Shown piece by piece: positions 28,694 to 39,143 of a DNA stretch of 64,000 bases. Every line of letters starts with the position of its first letter. Within the stretch, counting starts at the first letter, position 1. Made by a program: the position numbers and the translations under genes. The stretch comes from Nitrospirota bacterium (GTDB lineage: Bacteria; Nitrospirota; Thermodesulfovibrionia; SZUA-242). The stretch is from assembly GCA_016212095.1 (NCBI GenBank), contig JACRHH010000035.1, positions 77,948 through 141,947 on the forward strand. The letters are read 5' to 3'. The notes beneath the pieces are model-generated. The model had not been told where the DNA came from. It searched no databases and saw only the letters and a program-made list of their open reading frames with translations.

Positions 28694-29815
28694 TCATGCA
28701 AGGCTGTAACTCATGCCGCCGTGCCTTCTCACCCCGCCCTTCATTTCAAGAAGAAGCAGTATGCCGGAAGTGCGCGACGCGCCCAAACCGCCAGCGACAG
28801 TGATCTCGTCTATATGTTTCGGCTCATTTCCCATAATTTTTAATAGCGCCAGTTCATCTCCGGTAAAATCAGGTTTCTTCACAGCGCTGCCCGTTGCCGA
28901 CCCTGCGGAACTTGCCGTCTTGAGCATGCCCCTGAACACACCCGACAGCTCGGCAATCACATCCGTTGCGTCCTCAACCAGCCTTGCTCCCTGCTTCAGC
29001 AGGCCGTTTGCGCCCTTCGACGTGGCCAGTGTAACCGGCCCCGGCACAGCGAAAACTTCCCGTCCCTGCTCCGACGCATATCTGGCTGTAATGAGCGAAC
29101 CGCTTCCGGCTGCGGCCTCAACCACAACGGTTCCAAGCGAAAGGCCGCTTATTATCCGGTTTCTCACCGGAAAGTTCCACCTCTCAGGCCGCGCCCCCGG
29201 CGGATACTCGCTTATGATCGCGCCGGATTCCGCTATTTCGTCGTAAAGTGTGCGATGTTCCGGCGGATAAACAACATCCACGCCGCACCCAAGAACAGCT
29301 ATTGTCCGTCCGCAGGCCCTCATTGCCGCCTTGTGCGCGGCGGCGTCAATGCCCTTGGCAAGCCCGCTGACAACCGTTATTCCTCGCTCGGCCAGCCCAC
29401 CGCCGAGGCGTTCCGCGGTCTTAACTCCATAGGATGTCGGATAGCGGGTTCCGACAATGGCTATCGAATTCGTGTCGGTCTTTGCCAGGCTGCCTCGCAG
29501 ATAGAGCAGAACCGGCGGATCGTGTATGTTGGACAGAAGCTCCGGGTAGTCAGCATCGTCATGCGTAATCAGCCGGATGCCTTTTCTGCCGGCCTCTTCA
29601 ATGATGCGGTCGATTGCGCTCCAGTTTACGTTTTTCAGATGCCCGGCAAGCGCGGCGGCCCTATTACCCGATATTCCGGCCCCGGCAAGTTGCCATGCGT
29701 CGGCGCGAAATACTGCCTCCGCCGATCCGAAGCTCGAAAGCAGGGCGCGGATGGCCGCATTTCCGGTTTCGGGAGCCTGCCCTAGCGCAAGCAGATAACG
29801 GACATCAGCCCTCAA
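28694..29815 (-). CDS. dprA: DNA processing protein DprA (Smf)
   Basis: Rossmann-like core [13 protein letters not shown]...[17 protein letters not shown], plus N-terminal SAM-like and C-terminal DML1-like regions. Confidence 0.9.
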   Translation of the reverse strand: MRADVRYLLALGQAPETGNAAIRALLSSFGSAEAVFRADAWQLAGAGISGNRAAALAGHLKNVNWSAIDRIIEEAGRKGIRLITHDDADYPELLSNIHDPPVLLYLRGSLAKTDTNSIAIVGTRYPTSYGVKTAERLGGGLAERGITVVSGLAKGIDAAAHKAAMRACGRTIAVLGCGVDVVYPPEHRTLYDEIAESGAIISEYPPGARPERWNFPVRNRIISGLSLGTVVVEAAAGSGSLITARYASEQGREVFAVPGPVTLATSKGANGLLKQGARLVEDATDVIAELSGVFRGMLKTASSAGSATGSAVKKPDFTGDELALLKIMGNEPKHIDEITVAGGLGASRTSGILLLLEMKGGVRRHGGMSYSLA

Positions 29816-30998
29816 GCGCCTTCCTGCTTTTCAGGCGAAGCGCGTTCAACCGTATGAACCCCTCGGCATCCTTCTGGTTGTAGACCACATCGGCCTCGAA
29901 TGTTGCAAGGTCTGGATTGTAAAGCGATTTTGGCGCTTTTCTCCCTACAGCCATGCAGCTTCCCTTGTAGAGCTTCATGCGGGCGGTTCCGGTTACGCCC
30001 TGCTGGCACTTGTCGATGAGCGTCTGAAGCGCCTCGCGCTCCGGCGAATACCAGAAGCCGTAATAGACCATCTCGGCGTAACGGGGAATGAGCGAATCGC
30101 GCAGATGCAGAACCTCGCGGTCGAGCGTCAGCGATTCAACCGCCCGATGCGCCGCGTGCAGCACGGTTCCGCCGGGGGTTTCGTAAACCCCGCGCGATTT
30201 CATGCCGACGAAACGGTTTTCAACCAGATCGACACGGCCTATTCCGTGCGCGCCGGCCAGCGCGTTCAGGTGCGAAAGCAGATCGTGCGGCTTCATCTTT
30301 ACGCCGTCAACCGCCACGGGGTTTCCATTTTCGTAGTCAATTTCAACATAAGCCGGTTTTGCCGGAGCCTTTTCAGGCGGCACGGCCATTGTGAACATGT
30401 CCGGCGGAGGCTCGGCCCACGGGTCTTCAAGAATGCCGCCCTCGTAGCTTATGTGCAGAAGGTTGCGATCCGTGCTGTACGGTTTTTTCTTTGTGACCGG
30501 AACCGGAATGCCGTGTTTTTTAGCATACGCTATAAGGGTTTCCCTGCCGCCCAAGTCCCATTCGCGCCACGGGGCGATTACCTTGATGGACGGGTTCAGC
30601 GCGTAGAACGTCAGCTCGAACCGCACCTGATCGTTTCCCTTGCCGGTTGCGCCGTGGCTCACTGCCATGGCCTTTTCCTTCGCGGCAATCTGTATCTGGC
30701 GCTTTGCGATCAGCGGACGGGCTATCGATGTTCCAAGCAGATATGTTCCTTCATATACGGTGTTTGCGCGAAGCATCGGGAAGACGAAGTCGCGGACGAA
30801 TTCCTCACGCAGATCCTCGATATACACCTTCGACGCGCCTGTTGCCCTGGCCTTTGCGCGGACAGCCTCCATGTCTTCGCACTGGCCGATGTCGGCGCAG
30901 AAGGCTATGACGTCACACTTGTATGTTTCCTTTAGCCAGCGGAGTATGACTGAGGTGTCAAGACCGCCGGAGTACGCAAGCACCACTTTATCGGGCAT
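29805..30998 (-). CDS. argG: argininosuccinate synthase
   Basis: [20 protein letters not shown]-loop motif; 397 aa, type I ArgG. Confidence 0.93.
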   Translation of the reverse strand: MPDKVVLAYSGGLDTSVILRWLKETYKCDVIAFCADIGQCEDMEAVRAKARATGASKVYIEDLREEFVRDFVFPMLRANTVYEGTYLLGTSIARPLIAKRQIQIAAKEKAMAVSHGATGKGNDQVRFELTFYALNPSIKVIAPWREWDLGGRETLIAYAKKHGIPVPVTKKKPYSTDRNLLHISYEGGILEDPWAEPPPDMFTMAVPPEKAPAKPAYVEIDYENGNPVAVDGVKMKPHDLLSHLNALAGAHGIGRVDLVENRFVGMKSRGVYETPGGTVLHAAHRAVESLTLDREVLHLRDSLIPRYAEMVYYGFWYSPEREALQTLIDKCQQGVTGTARMKLYKGSCMAVGRKAPKSLYNPDLATFEADVVYNQKDAEGFIRLNALRLKSRKALEG

Positions 30999-31122
30999 GG
31001 GGTATCAGCTCCTATGAGAAAATTCCGGAAATCGTGATAACCATAGCACAAGGTTTTTCGCTATTTCAAACGGGGACAGCGCGGGAACAGTGAGGCTTGT
31101 CCCGGAAGCGGGCAAATATGAA

Positions 31123-32490
31123 CTACCTTGCTCCCCTGCCGGTCAGCACCGATTTTACCGTTTCGAAGATGATGAACGTATCCAGAAACAGCGAAAGATG
31201 CTTGATGTAGTAGAGGTCGTACTGGAGTTTTTCGGCGGCGTCCTCAACCGATGCGCCATACGGATACTTGATCTGCGCCCAGCCGGTGATGCCGGGCTTG
31301 ACGACGTGGCGCTGCGTGTAGTAGGGAATGGCGTCCTTGAGCCTGTCCACGAAGTGCGGACGCTCCGGGCGCGGCCCCACGAAGCTCATGTCGCCCTTTA
31401 GAACGTTCAAGAGCTGGGGCAGCTCGTCGAGCCTTGTAACGCGCATGAATTTGCCAAGGCGCGTGACGCGCGAGTCGTTTTTCCCCGCCCATTTGGGGCC
31501 TGATGCCTCGGCGTCGGTGCGCATGGTGCGGAACTTCATGATCTCGAAGTCCTTGCCGTATTCGCCCACCCTGGTCTGCCTGAAGATGACCGGGCCGCGC
31601 GAGTCCAGCTTGATAAGTATCGGTATTATCAGGAAAAAAGGCGATGCAAGCACCAACAGCAGCGATGACAGCAGCATGTCAACGCTGCTTTTAATAGCCT
31701 TGGCCGTCATGGTGCGCTTGAATCCGGCTGCAAAGATCATCGAGCTTGGGTGGATGTTCAGGCATATCTTGCTTTTGAAAGCCTCGGAAAGGGTAGGAAC
31801 ATCGAGCACGTCTATTCCTGCCATCTTGCATTCAAGAAGCTCGTTCACCGGCAGCGCGCCGCGCCTGTCATCGGCTGCGATGACCACACGGTCTATCCCG
31901 TGCTCAACGGCAAACAGCGCCACATTTGTGTCTACAGGCAGGATTTTCTCCTTTGGCACAAGCTGCTGGTTTCCCTGAATGGCTACGAATCCCTCAATGT
32001 CGGATATATGCTCGGCAGCCTCCTGAAGGATGTCCACCGCGTCCAGCGCGGCGGATCCGGTGCCGACAATCAGGATTTTTTCGTGGGGACGGAATTTTGC
32101 CAGAAGCGGCTCCGCTGCGCGCCGCCATAGCAGAATAAGGATGTATGCCATGCCATACGAAAGCATAAACCAGCCGCGGCCTATCGAGAGTCCGGGTATG
32201 AAATAGAATATTGCGGTAAGCGGCATCAGGCCGAAGATGAATGCGAAACTCACCCTGCGTGAAACAATGGCGCGCTTGTGATAGTTGTAAAGCTCGGCCA
32301 GATAGAATACGTAAAGCATTACGAGTGTGAATGTGAGAGCCTTTGGAATGGTTGTCTCAACCGCCGAATCCGAAAGCCCCATGAACCGGATCGCGAGGCC
32401 AAGCTCTGCCGCGCCGAAGAATATCAGCGCGTCAATCAGCAGCAACATCATTGTAATACGCGAAACTCCTGCGGCGATGCCGGGCAGCAT
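31123..32490 (-). CDS. undecaprenyl-phosphate sugar phosphotransferase (exopolysaccharide priming glycosyltransferase, WbaP/EpsZ-like)
   Basis: N-terminal TM helices; CoA-binding-like middle region; C-terminal bacterial sugar transferase motifs VGPRPE and KPGITGWAQ. Confidence 0.85.
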   Translation of the reverse strand: MLPGIAAGVSRITMMLLLIDALIFFGAAELGLAIRFMGLSDSAVETTIPKALTFTLVMLYVFYLAELYNYHKRAIVSRRVSFAFIFGLMPLTAIFYFIPGLSIGRGWFMLSYGMAYILILLWRRAAEPLLAKFRPHEKILIVGTGSAALDAVDILQEAAEHISDIEGFVAIQGNQQLVPKEKILPVDTNVALFAVEHGIDRVVIAADDRRGALPVNELLECKMAGIDVLDVPTLSEAFKSKICLNIHPSSMIFAAGFKRTMTAKAIKSSVDMLLSSLLLVLASPFFLIIPILIKLDSRGPVIFRQTRVGEYGKDFEIMKFRTMRTDAEASGPKWAGKNDSRVTRLGKFMRVTRLDELPQLLNVLKGDMSFVGPRPERPHFVDRLKDAIPYYTQRHVVKPGITGWAQIKYPYGASVEDAAEKLQYDLYYIKHLSLFLDTFIIFETVKSVLTGRGAR

Positions 32491-32581
32491 TCAGGTTTCC
32501 TCCGGAGAGTTATTTTCGGGCTATTTTACAGGAAATGAAGGATTATCGCGAAAAAAATGCATCTCTGCGTTGGCGGCAGGT

Positions 32582-33034
32582 TTAGCCCGGCCTGGCGCTT
32601 GCGTCAGGACTGCCGCCAACGCATACGCCTGCAATCACATTCTCCAGCTCGCTGATCGTGAACGGTTTTTCAAGAAAGCCGTTTGCGCCAAGATTGGCCA
32701 GAAAGTGCGTGTTGTAGCTCATGAAAAAAGCGCTTACAATTATCACCTTCAATTCAGGTCTCTTCGATTTAAGAATTGGCAGCGCAACGTTTCCGTGCAG
32801 CTTCTTCATTACCAGATCAAGAAAAACAACGTCAATTTCGTCGCCATGACGGCCGACGAAATCCACCGCTTCGGTTCCGTCGGTAACCGCCGACACGACA
32901 TTCAGCCCCAGCTCCTTCAGAAGCGTGGACAGCAGGTCGCGCACGTATTCATCGTCATCGACTATGAGAGCCCGTAGTACGCTGAATTCACTCCTGAACC
33001 GCGTGTTCTCCTTTGCAACCGAAACGGAACTCAC
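32582..33034 (-). CDS. single-domain response regulator (CheY-like receiver)
   Basis: LIVDDDEYVRDLL...DVVFLDLVMKKLHG...LKVIIVSAF receiver motifs with the phospho-acceptor Asp. Confidence 0.8.
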   Translation of the reverse strand: MSSVSVAKENTRFRSEFSVLRALIVDDDEYVRDLLSTLLKELGLNVVSAVTDGTEAVDFVGRHGDEIDVVFLDLVMKKLHGNVALPILKSKRPELKVIIVSAFFMSYNTHFLANLGANGFLEKPFTISELENVIAGVCVGGSPDASARPG

Positions 33035-33185
33035 AAAAAAGTTTATCCTCCGTAATGAAAAGACAACATCCGGGCATCTGCAACAAGTGGCATTCTATCC
33101 TTTGCCCATTCAGCAGGTCAAGGCTTATATTATACCCGATACCCGGCATTGCACGCGCGGCTTGACGGGCTCTCCGCGCCGCGTG

Positions 33186-33288
33186 GTAACATGAAAACCC
33201 GTGGGGGAGGCCGGATGAAACGGCCTGAGAGTTCACGCATGTTGCGTGAAGACCCCTTGAACCTGATTTTCCGGGTAATACCGGCGAA
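33186..33288 (+). promoter_or_regulatory. TPP (thiamine pyrophosphate) riboswitch upstream of thiS-thiG
   Basis: ggCCGGAUGAAACGGCCUGAGAguu...gaagACCCCUUGAACCUGAUuuuCCGGGUAAUACCGGCGAAGGGAAcgg matches the THI-element consensus (CUGAGA; ACCCUUGAACCUGAUC.GGUAAUACC.GCG.AGGGAA). Confidence 0.85.
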
Positions 33289-33367
33289 GGGAACGGCTAA
33301 TGAAAAACAGACGAATTTGCAGTCAGGGCATGAATCCGGCCCGTTCCAGCTCCTGCCGGGGCGGCAT

Positions 33368-33568
33368 ATGCTGATCAAGCTAAACGGTGAACCTCACGAG
33401 TCTCAGGACAGTGTTACAGTGTCCGGCCTTCTGTCTTCGCTCGGCATAGCAGGCGGACGTGTTGCCGTGGAGGTGAACCTCGCCGTGGTGAAAAAATGCG
33501 ATTACGAAACCCGCGAACTGCGCGAGGGCGATCAGGTGGAGATAGTCAATTTCGTTGGCGGAGGCTGA
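33368..33568 (+). CDS. thiS: sulfur carrier protein ThiS
   Basis: 66 aa, MLIKLNGEP...[10 protein letters not shown] with the C-terminal Gly-Gly. Confidence 0.85.
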   Translation: MLIKLNGEPHESQDSVTVSGLLSSLGIAGGRVAVEVNLAVVKKCDYETRELREGDQVEIVNFVGGG

Positions 33569-33572
33569 TAGC

Positions 33573-34352
33573 GTGGAACAAAACGACAAGCTGGTCATAG
33601 CCGGAATCGAATTCTCATCGAGGCTGTGGGTTGGAACCGGCAAATACAAGGATTTCGACGAGACGGCGCGCGCCATCGAGGCGTCAGGCAGCGACGTTGT
33701 TACCGTGGCAGTGCGGCGCGTGAACATTACAGACAGCAACCAGCCGAACCTGCTCGATTATCTGGACATGAAGAAGATAAAAATCCTGCCGAACACAGCC
33801 GGGTGCTACAACGTGGAAGACGCGCTCAGATATTCGCGCCTCGCGCGCGAGGCCGGTGTGTCCGATCTGGTGAAGCTTGAGGTTATAGGCGACGAAAAGA
33901 CGCTTTTCCCAGATGTTATCGGTCTTCTTCAGGCAACCGAAATTTTGGCGAAAGAGGGTTTTATCGTATTTCCGTATACCAACGACGATCCGATCATGGC
34001 ACGCAGGCTGATGGATGCCGGAGCCGCCGCCGTCATGCCGCTTGCCGCGCCGATAGGCTCAGGGCTCGGCATCCGCAATCCTTATAATATAAGGATAATT
34101 CTGGAAACCGTGAAGGCTCCGGTCATCGTTGACGCCGGTGTTGGAACAGCTTCCGACGTTGCCGTTGCGATGGAGCTTGGCTGCGACGCAGTGCTCCTGA
34201 ACACCGCGATCGCCGGAGCGAACGACCCGATAATGATGGCCGACGCCATGAAGCACGGGGTTATCGCCGGGCGTCTGGCTTACCGGGCCGGGCGGATCCC
34301 GAAAAAACTCTACGCCACGGCTTCAAGCCCGCTTGGAGGAATGCTTTTGTAA
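33573..34352 (+). CDS. thiG: thiazole synthase ThiG
   Basis: [21 protein letters not shown] matches the ThiG N-terminus; GTG start 7 nt after a GGAGG RBS. Confidence 0.9.
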   Translation: MEQNDKLVIAGIEFSSRLWVGTGKYKDFDETARAIEASGSDVVTVAVRRVNITDSNQPNLLDYLDMKKIKILPNTAGCYNVEDALRYSRLAREAGVSDLVKLEVIGDEKTLFPDVIGLLQATEILAKEGFIVFPYTNDDPIMARRLMDAGAAAVMPLAAPIGSGLGIRNPYNIRIILETVKAPVIVDAGVGTASDVAVAMELGCDAVLLNTAIAGANDPIMMADAMKHGVIAGRLAYRAGRIPKKLYATASSPLGGMLL

Positions 34353-34392
34353 AGATACATATGATTCCAAGTTCGAATCGACAGTTCCATAA

Positions 34393-34442
34393 CTCCCCCC
34401 AAGCCCCCCTCAATCAGGGGGGTGGCGAAGCCGGGGGGGAGC
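34393..34442. repeat. REP-like structured element (type B copy), probable terminator after thiG
   Basis: About 80% identical to 4578-4625 and retains the nested inverted repeats. Confidence 0.55.
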
Positions 34443-34574
34443 CGAAAACATGGCCGAACACACAGACACAGGTTGTCCGAATGATTTAAAAATGAAATAA
34501 GGTCTCATTTGCGGCGATAAACCGGACAGAAAACAACCGGAAGCCGCGCAACTACATAGCCTGGGGAGGCAACG

Positions 34575-35153
34575 ATGGAAGGAAACAGTGTATTTCAGCT
34601 CGTATTGTACTTGGTGATTCCGGTGATGCTTGGCTACGAATTCCTGCTATGCGCCAAAGATGAAAAGGCGGGAAAGGACGAGGCAACGATGGGCTCGATA
34701 ATGCTGGATTTCTTCGGCATTCTCTTCATCGGCCTCATTCCGGCGATATTTATTTTCACGCTCTGGGCGGTGAATAGCAGGTTTCTGCCGCTTCAGACCG
34801 ACACAATACACTTCCTGCAGCGCTACGGCGTGTTTTTCATGTTTCTTGGAGCGTGGTGGCAGGTTTACATTTTCGCGGCAGTCCGGGCGCGGCGGGTCAG
34901 GAAAAACGGTCTGCCGTCCAAATCGCTCTGGCTGCCATATGCGCTTCTGGGCGCATTTGCATCATTGGTTGTTGCGTGGAATTTCCCGTGGCATCTCGAT
35001 CTGATATCGGTTGCATGGTTTATGGTAATCGCCGGAATGATTAATTTCATCGGTTTCAAGCCCATGAACGTTGAACGTGTATTCTGGATGCTGGCGTTGT
35101 TTACATTCATCGCCGAAAATATCCTGTTCGTATGGTTCAACGCGATTGTATGA
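34575..35153 (+). CDS. hypothetical integral membrane protein embedded in the thi cluster
   Basis: 192 aa with about 5 predicted TM helices; no recognisable motif; RBS ggggagg. Confidence 0.55.
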   Translation: MEGNSVFQLVLYLVIPVMLGYEFLLCAKDEKAGKDEATMGSIMLDFFGILFIGLIPAIFIFTLWAVNSRFLPLQTDTIHFLQRYGVFFMFLGAWWQVYIFAAVRARRVRKNGLPSKSLWLPYALLGAFASLVVAWNFPWHLDLISVAWFMVIAGMINFIGFKPMNVERVFWMLALFTFIAENILFVWFNAIV

Positions 35154-35193
35154 GCGTTCGTGGAATTCAACGCGATTGTGCGAGGGATGATGC

Positions 35194-35808
35194 GTGCCGG
35201 GTTTAGCGTTCAGGCTATATCTGATAACCGACCGCGCGATCATTTCCGGCATGACGCTGGAGGATGCCGTGAAGCGCGCCCTGGACGGCGGGCTTCAGGC
35301 GCTTCAGCTTCGGGAAAAGGATATGCCCGTGCGTGAACTCATCCCGCTTGCCGAGCGGATGCGAAGACTGGCATCGCGCTATGGCGCGAAGCTTTTTATT
35401 AATGACAGGGCCGATGTTGCTCTGGCTGTTGACGCAGACGGAGTGCATCTGACTACGCAAAGCGTTCCGCCCGGCGCGGTCAGGAGCGCATTCGGCAACA
35501 GGCTGATGATCGGCGCGTCAACGCATTCCGTCGATGAGATTGCGGCGGCGAGCGGCGCCGATTTCGTCACGTTCGGGCCGGTTTACGACACGCCGTCGAA
35601 GCGGGCGTATGGGCCGCCGGTTGGCATCGAGTGGTTGCATCAAGTTGGCAGATGCAACGTTCCGGTTTTCGCGCTTGGCGGCGTGACAATCGAACGCGTG
35701 CGCGAGCTTCGCGAGGCAGGGGCTTTCGGCGTGGCGCTCATTTCCGATATTCTAACGGCTTCCGACATAACGTCGAAAACCGCATCCTATATAAAGGCGC
35801 TCTCATGA
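35194..35808 (+). CDS. thiE: thiamine-phosphate synthase
   Basis: LYLITDR...LQLREKD...FINDRADVALAVDADGVHL. Confidence 0.9.
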   Translation: MPGLAFRLYLITDRAIISGMTLEDAVKRALDGGLQALQLREKDMPVRELIPLAERMRRLASRYGAKLFINDRADVALAVDADGVHLTTQSVPPGAVRSAFGNRLMIGASTHSVDEIAAASGADFVTFGPVYDTPSKRAYGPPVGIEWLHQVGRCNVPVFALGGVTIERVRELREAGAFGVALISDILTASDITSKTASYIKALS

Positions 35809-37094
35809 CAAGAATAGAACTGGCAAAATCCGGAACAATAACAGACGAAGTAAAGGCTGTAGCCGAACAGGAAGGCGTTTTGGCCGAGACGCTCGCCCGC
35901 GACATCGCGGAAGGGCGTTCCGTGATACCGATTAACCGGCTTCACAACATCAAGCCGATTGGCATAGGGCGCGGGCTTTCAACCAAGATCAACGCCAACA
36001 TCGGCACATCCAAAGACAGCATTTCGTTCGATGTGGAGCGGCAAAAGCTGGATATTCTTGTGAAGCACGGGGCCGACGCCGTGATGGACTTGTCCACCGG
36101 CGGCGACATTCGCGGTCTTCGCGCCATGATCATGGAGCATTCGCCCATCGCGGTCGGCACGGTTCCGATCTACGAAACCGCCGTCCGCACTGCTGAACGC
36201 TATAAAACCATCGCCAAAATGACGCCGGACGACCTGTTCGAGATCATCGAGGCGCACGGAGCGGAGGGCGTGGATTTTGTAACTGTGCATTCCGGCCTCA
36301 CGATGCGCGCGGTTGACAGGCTGCGCTCCGAGGGCCGGGTGCTTGACATCGTGAGCCGGGGCGGCTCGTTCCTGCTTGAGTGGATGATTTTCAACGAGCG
36401 GGAAAATCCGCTTTTTGAACAATATGACCGGCTGCTGGAGATTGCCGGAAAGTACGACATGACGCTTTCGCTTGGCGACGGCCTGCGCCCCGGATGCATC
36501 GAGGACGCCACCGACAGAAGCCAGCTTGAGGAACTGCTTACGCTTGGCGAACAGCGCGACCTCGCGCTTGAGGCTGGCGTGCAGGTGATCATCGAGGGGC
36601 CGGGCCATGTGCCGCTGAACCAGGTGGAACTGAACATAAAAATCCAGAAGGAGATATGCAAGGGCGCGCCGTTCTACGTGCTTGGGCCGCTGGTTACGGA
36701 CGTAGGCATGGGCTACGACCACATTTCCGCCGCCATCGGCGGCGCGATTGCTGCGGCTGCCGGAGCCGATTTCCTCTGCTATGTAACGCCGTCGGAGCAT
36801 ATCAGGCTTCCGTCCATCGAAGACGTGCGAGAGGGAGTTATCGCGTCAAAAATCGCGGCGCACGCCGCCGATATAGCAAAGGGCGTGCCGGGCGCAATCG
36901 AGCGCGACATGAAGATGGCCCGCGCCAGAAAAAACCTCGACTGGAACGGCCAGATAGCCCAGAGCTTCGACCCAGACAAGGTGAAATCGTGGCGCGCTGA
37001 AACCCCGCCGACCGAAACCGAGGTATGCAGCATGTGCGGCGAGTTCTGCGCCATTCGAACCGTGGAGCGGGCGCTGAAGAAGAAGCGCGGGTAA
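35805..37094 (+). CDS. thiC: phosphomethylpyrimidine synthase ThiC
   Basis: MTRIELAKSGTITDEVK...; C-terminal CSMCGEFCA iron-sulfur motif; the ATGA start overlaps the thiE stop. Confidence 0.92.
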   Translation: MTRIELAKSGTITDEVKAVAEQEGVLAETLARDIAEGRSVIPINRLHNIKPIGIGRGLSTKINANIGTSKDSISFDVERQKLDILVKHGADAVMDLSTGGDIRGLRAMIMEHSPIAVGTVPIYETAVRTAERYKTIAKMTPDDLFEIIEAHGAEGVDFVTVHSGLTMRAVDRLRSEGRVLDIVSRGGSFLLEWMIFNERENPLFEQYDRLLEIAGKYDMTLSLGDGLRPGCIEDATDRSQLEELLTLGEQRDLALEAGVQVIIEGPGHVPLNQVELNIKIQKEICKGAPFYVLGPLVTDVGMGYDHISAAIGGAIAAAAGADFLCYVTPSEHIRLPSIEDVREGVIASKIAAHAADIAKGVPGAIERDMKMARARKNLDWNGQIAQSFDPDKVKSWRAETPPTETEVCSMCGEFCAIRTVERALKKKRG

Positions 37095-37894
37095 TGTCGA
37101 TCGTCGCAACTCCCCCCCATATCGCCCTCGCCATAGCCGGAAGCGATCCGACCGGCGGCGCGGGTTTGCAGGCAGATTTGCGGACGTTCGCGGCTTTCGG
37201 CATCCACGGGCTGTCGGTTGTGAGCGCATTGACGGCGCAATCGACCGTCGGGGTGCGCGCGGTTGAGCCGGTTTTGCCTGATTTTGTTACAAAGCAGCTT
37301 GAGACACTTCTTTCCGACATCACCCCTGATGCGCTTAAAACCGGAATGCTTCATGACGCCGGGGTTGTCAGGCGCGTTGCGGACTGCGTGAAGCGCTTCG
37401 GACTGAAGAATCTGGTTGTCGATCCGCTCTATCTCTCGTCTTCCGGCGCGGCGCTGCTTGATGACGACGGTTTTTTCGCGCTACGCGATGAACTGATTCC
37501 GCTTGCCCGCGTGGTCACGCCGAATCTTGCCGAAGCGGAGCGTCTTACCGGCATGAAAATCATGATCGGTGAAGACCTGAAATCGGCGGCGGAATGTTTG
37601 CTGGCGATGGGGCCGGAGGCGGTTGTGATTACAGGCGGACACTGGGACGAGGAGGCCGCCGACTATTACATGGACTCAAACGGCCCGCTGATATTCAAGG
37701 CATCAAAAATACCGGGCGAGTTTCACGGCACAGGCTGCGTTTTTTCGGCGGCGCTGGCCGCCGGGCTGGCCCTTGGCGAGGAACCGGTTGACGCGGTGAA
37801 TCTGGCGCACTGCTATGTGATGGACGCCATTGCGCGCGCGGCCAGGCCGGGCGCCGGAGCGGCAATACTTGGCGCGTTCGGCGTTGACGGATGA
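37094..37894 (+). CDS. thiD: hydroxymethylpyrimidine/phosphomethylpyrimidine kinase ThiD
   Basis: ALAIAGSDPTGGAGLQADLRTFAAFGIHG; the TAATG start overlaps the thiC stop. Confidence 0.9.
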   Translation: MSIVATPPHIALAIAGSDPTGGAGLQADLRTFAAFGIHGLSVVSALTAQSTVGVRAVEPVLPDFVTKQLETLLSDITPDALKTGMLHDAGVVRRVADCVKRFGLKNLVVDPLYLSSSGAALLDDDGFFALRDELIPLARVVTPNLAEAERLTGMKIMIGEDLKSAAECLLAMGPEAVVITGGHWDEEAADYYMDSNGPLIFKASKIPGEFHGTGCVFSAALAAGLALGEEPVDAVNLAHCYVMDAIARAARPGAGAAILGAFGVDG

Positions 37895-37898
37895 GAGA

Positions 37899-38477
37899 TT
37901 AGAACGCCGGTTCAACCCCAAGCGCAAGCAGTGTTTCGTAAAGCAGGTTAAGCGGCAGGCCTACCACGTTGTAGTAACAGCCGGAAATTCCTTCCACAAA
38001 CAGCGACGCAATACCCTGAATGCCGTATGCTCCGGCCTTGTCAAGCGGCTCGCCGCTTGCGACATAGCGGTCTATTTCGCGCGAAGTGAGCGTTTTGAAA
38101 CGAACATCGGTAACTGCGGATGTAACGATGGTTCTGCCCGACGGCCTCTCGATCACCGCAACGCCGCTGATCACCTCGTGCGTCCGGCCCGACAGCTTTG
38201 CCAGCATCGCCGTTGCAACTTCAGGCGATTCCGGCTTGCCCATCACCTCGCCGTCAAGCGCTACTATGGTATCGACGCCGACAACTATTCCGGAATCAAC
38301 AGACGCCGCTATTTTAAGCGCCTTTTCTTGCGCGATGCGGCGGGCGAACGCGTCGGCGTTCTCGCCCGGTAGCATCGATTCGTCGATGTCTGCCGGTGAA
38401 ACGGTGAATGGAACTCCGAGGCGGGCGATAAGCTCCCGCCTCCGCGGGGAGGCGGAGGCGAGAATCAGCGGTTTCAT
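37899..38477 (-). CDS. maf: Maf-like nucleoside triphosphate pyrophosphatase
   Basis: MKPLILASASPRRRELIARLGVPFTV... Confidence 0.88.
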   Translation of the reverse strand: MKPLILASASPRRRELIARLGVPFTVSPADIDESMLPGENADAFARRIAQEKALKIAASVDSGIVVGVDTIVALDGEVMGKPESPEVATAMLAKLSGRTHEVISGVAVIERPSGRTIVTSAVTDVRFKTLTSREIDRYVASGEPLDKAGAYGIQGIASLFVEGISGCYYNVVGLPLNLLYETLLALGVEPAF

Positions 38478-38493
38478 CGGGAAAACGGGAAAA

Positions 38494-39057
38494 TCAGTCC
38501 TTCGCCCGCTCGACGTAATCGCCGGTGCGGGTATCGACCCTGAGGCGCTCGCCCTCCTCGATGAAGAGCGGAACATATACGACATGGCCGGTTGAAAGGG
38601 TTGCTGGCTTTGTGGCGCCGGTTGCGGTGTCGCCCTTAATTCCCGGCTCGCAGTAGGCGATCTTGAGGTTCACGAAGTTTGGAACCTCCACGCTGATCGG
38701 CACATTATTATGGAATAGCACGACACAGACAAGCCCTTCGGTTAGATACCGCCACGCTTCGCCAAGATGATCCTTGGCAATGGCAACCTGCTCGAACGTC
38801 TCCATGTTCATGAAATGATACTCGCCCATCTGCTCGTAGAGGAACTGCATGTCCTGCTCGGCCACATCGGCCTTCTTGATCTTTTCGCCGGATTTGTAGG
38901 TGCGGTCAACCACGCGGCCCGTGTTGAGGTTCTTCAACTTCACCCTGGTGAACGCCTGACCCTTGCCCGGTTTCACGAAATCGGCCTCGATCATGATATA
39001 GGGATCGCCGTCAAGCTCGACCTTGATGCCCTTTTTAAACTCGTTTGTGTTGTACAT
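38494..39057 (-). CDS. efp: elongation factor P
   Basis: MYNTNEFKKGIKVELDGDPYIMIEADFVKPGKGQAFTRVKLKNLNTGRVVDRT. Confidence 0.95.
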   Translation of the reverse strand: MYNTNEFKKGIKVELDGDPYIMIEADFVKPGKGQAFTRVKLKNLNTGRVVDRTYKSGEKIKKADVAEQDMQFLYEQMGEYHFMNMETFEQVAIAKDHLGEAWRYLTEGLVCVVLFHNNVPISVEVPNFVNLKIAYCEPGIKGDTATGATKPATLSTGHVVYVPLFIEEGERLRVDTRTGDYVERAKD

Positions 39058-39143
39058 GAAAATCTCCCGGATTGCTTCAGTCCAGTAATGCGGACGGATG
39101 CGAATGTAAAGCGTTATATGTAATCAGAGGGTGTTGAGGGATG

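Noticed and set aside
35631-35804. Long N-terminal extension of thiC in the ORF track (start 35631)
   Set aside because: The extension overlaps thiE in another frame. The conserved ThiC N-terminus begins at MTRIELAKSG (35805) with an ATGA overlap.
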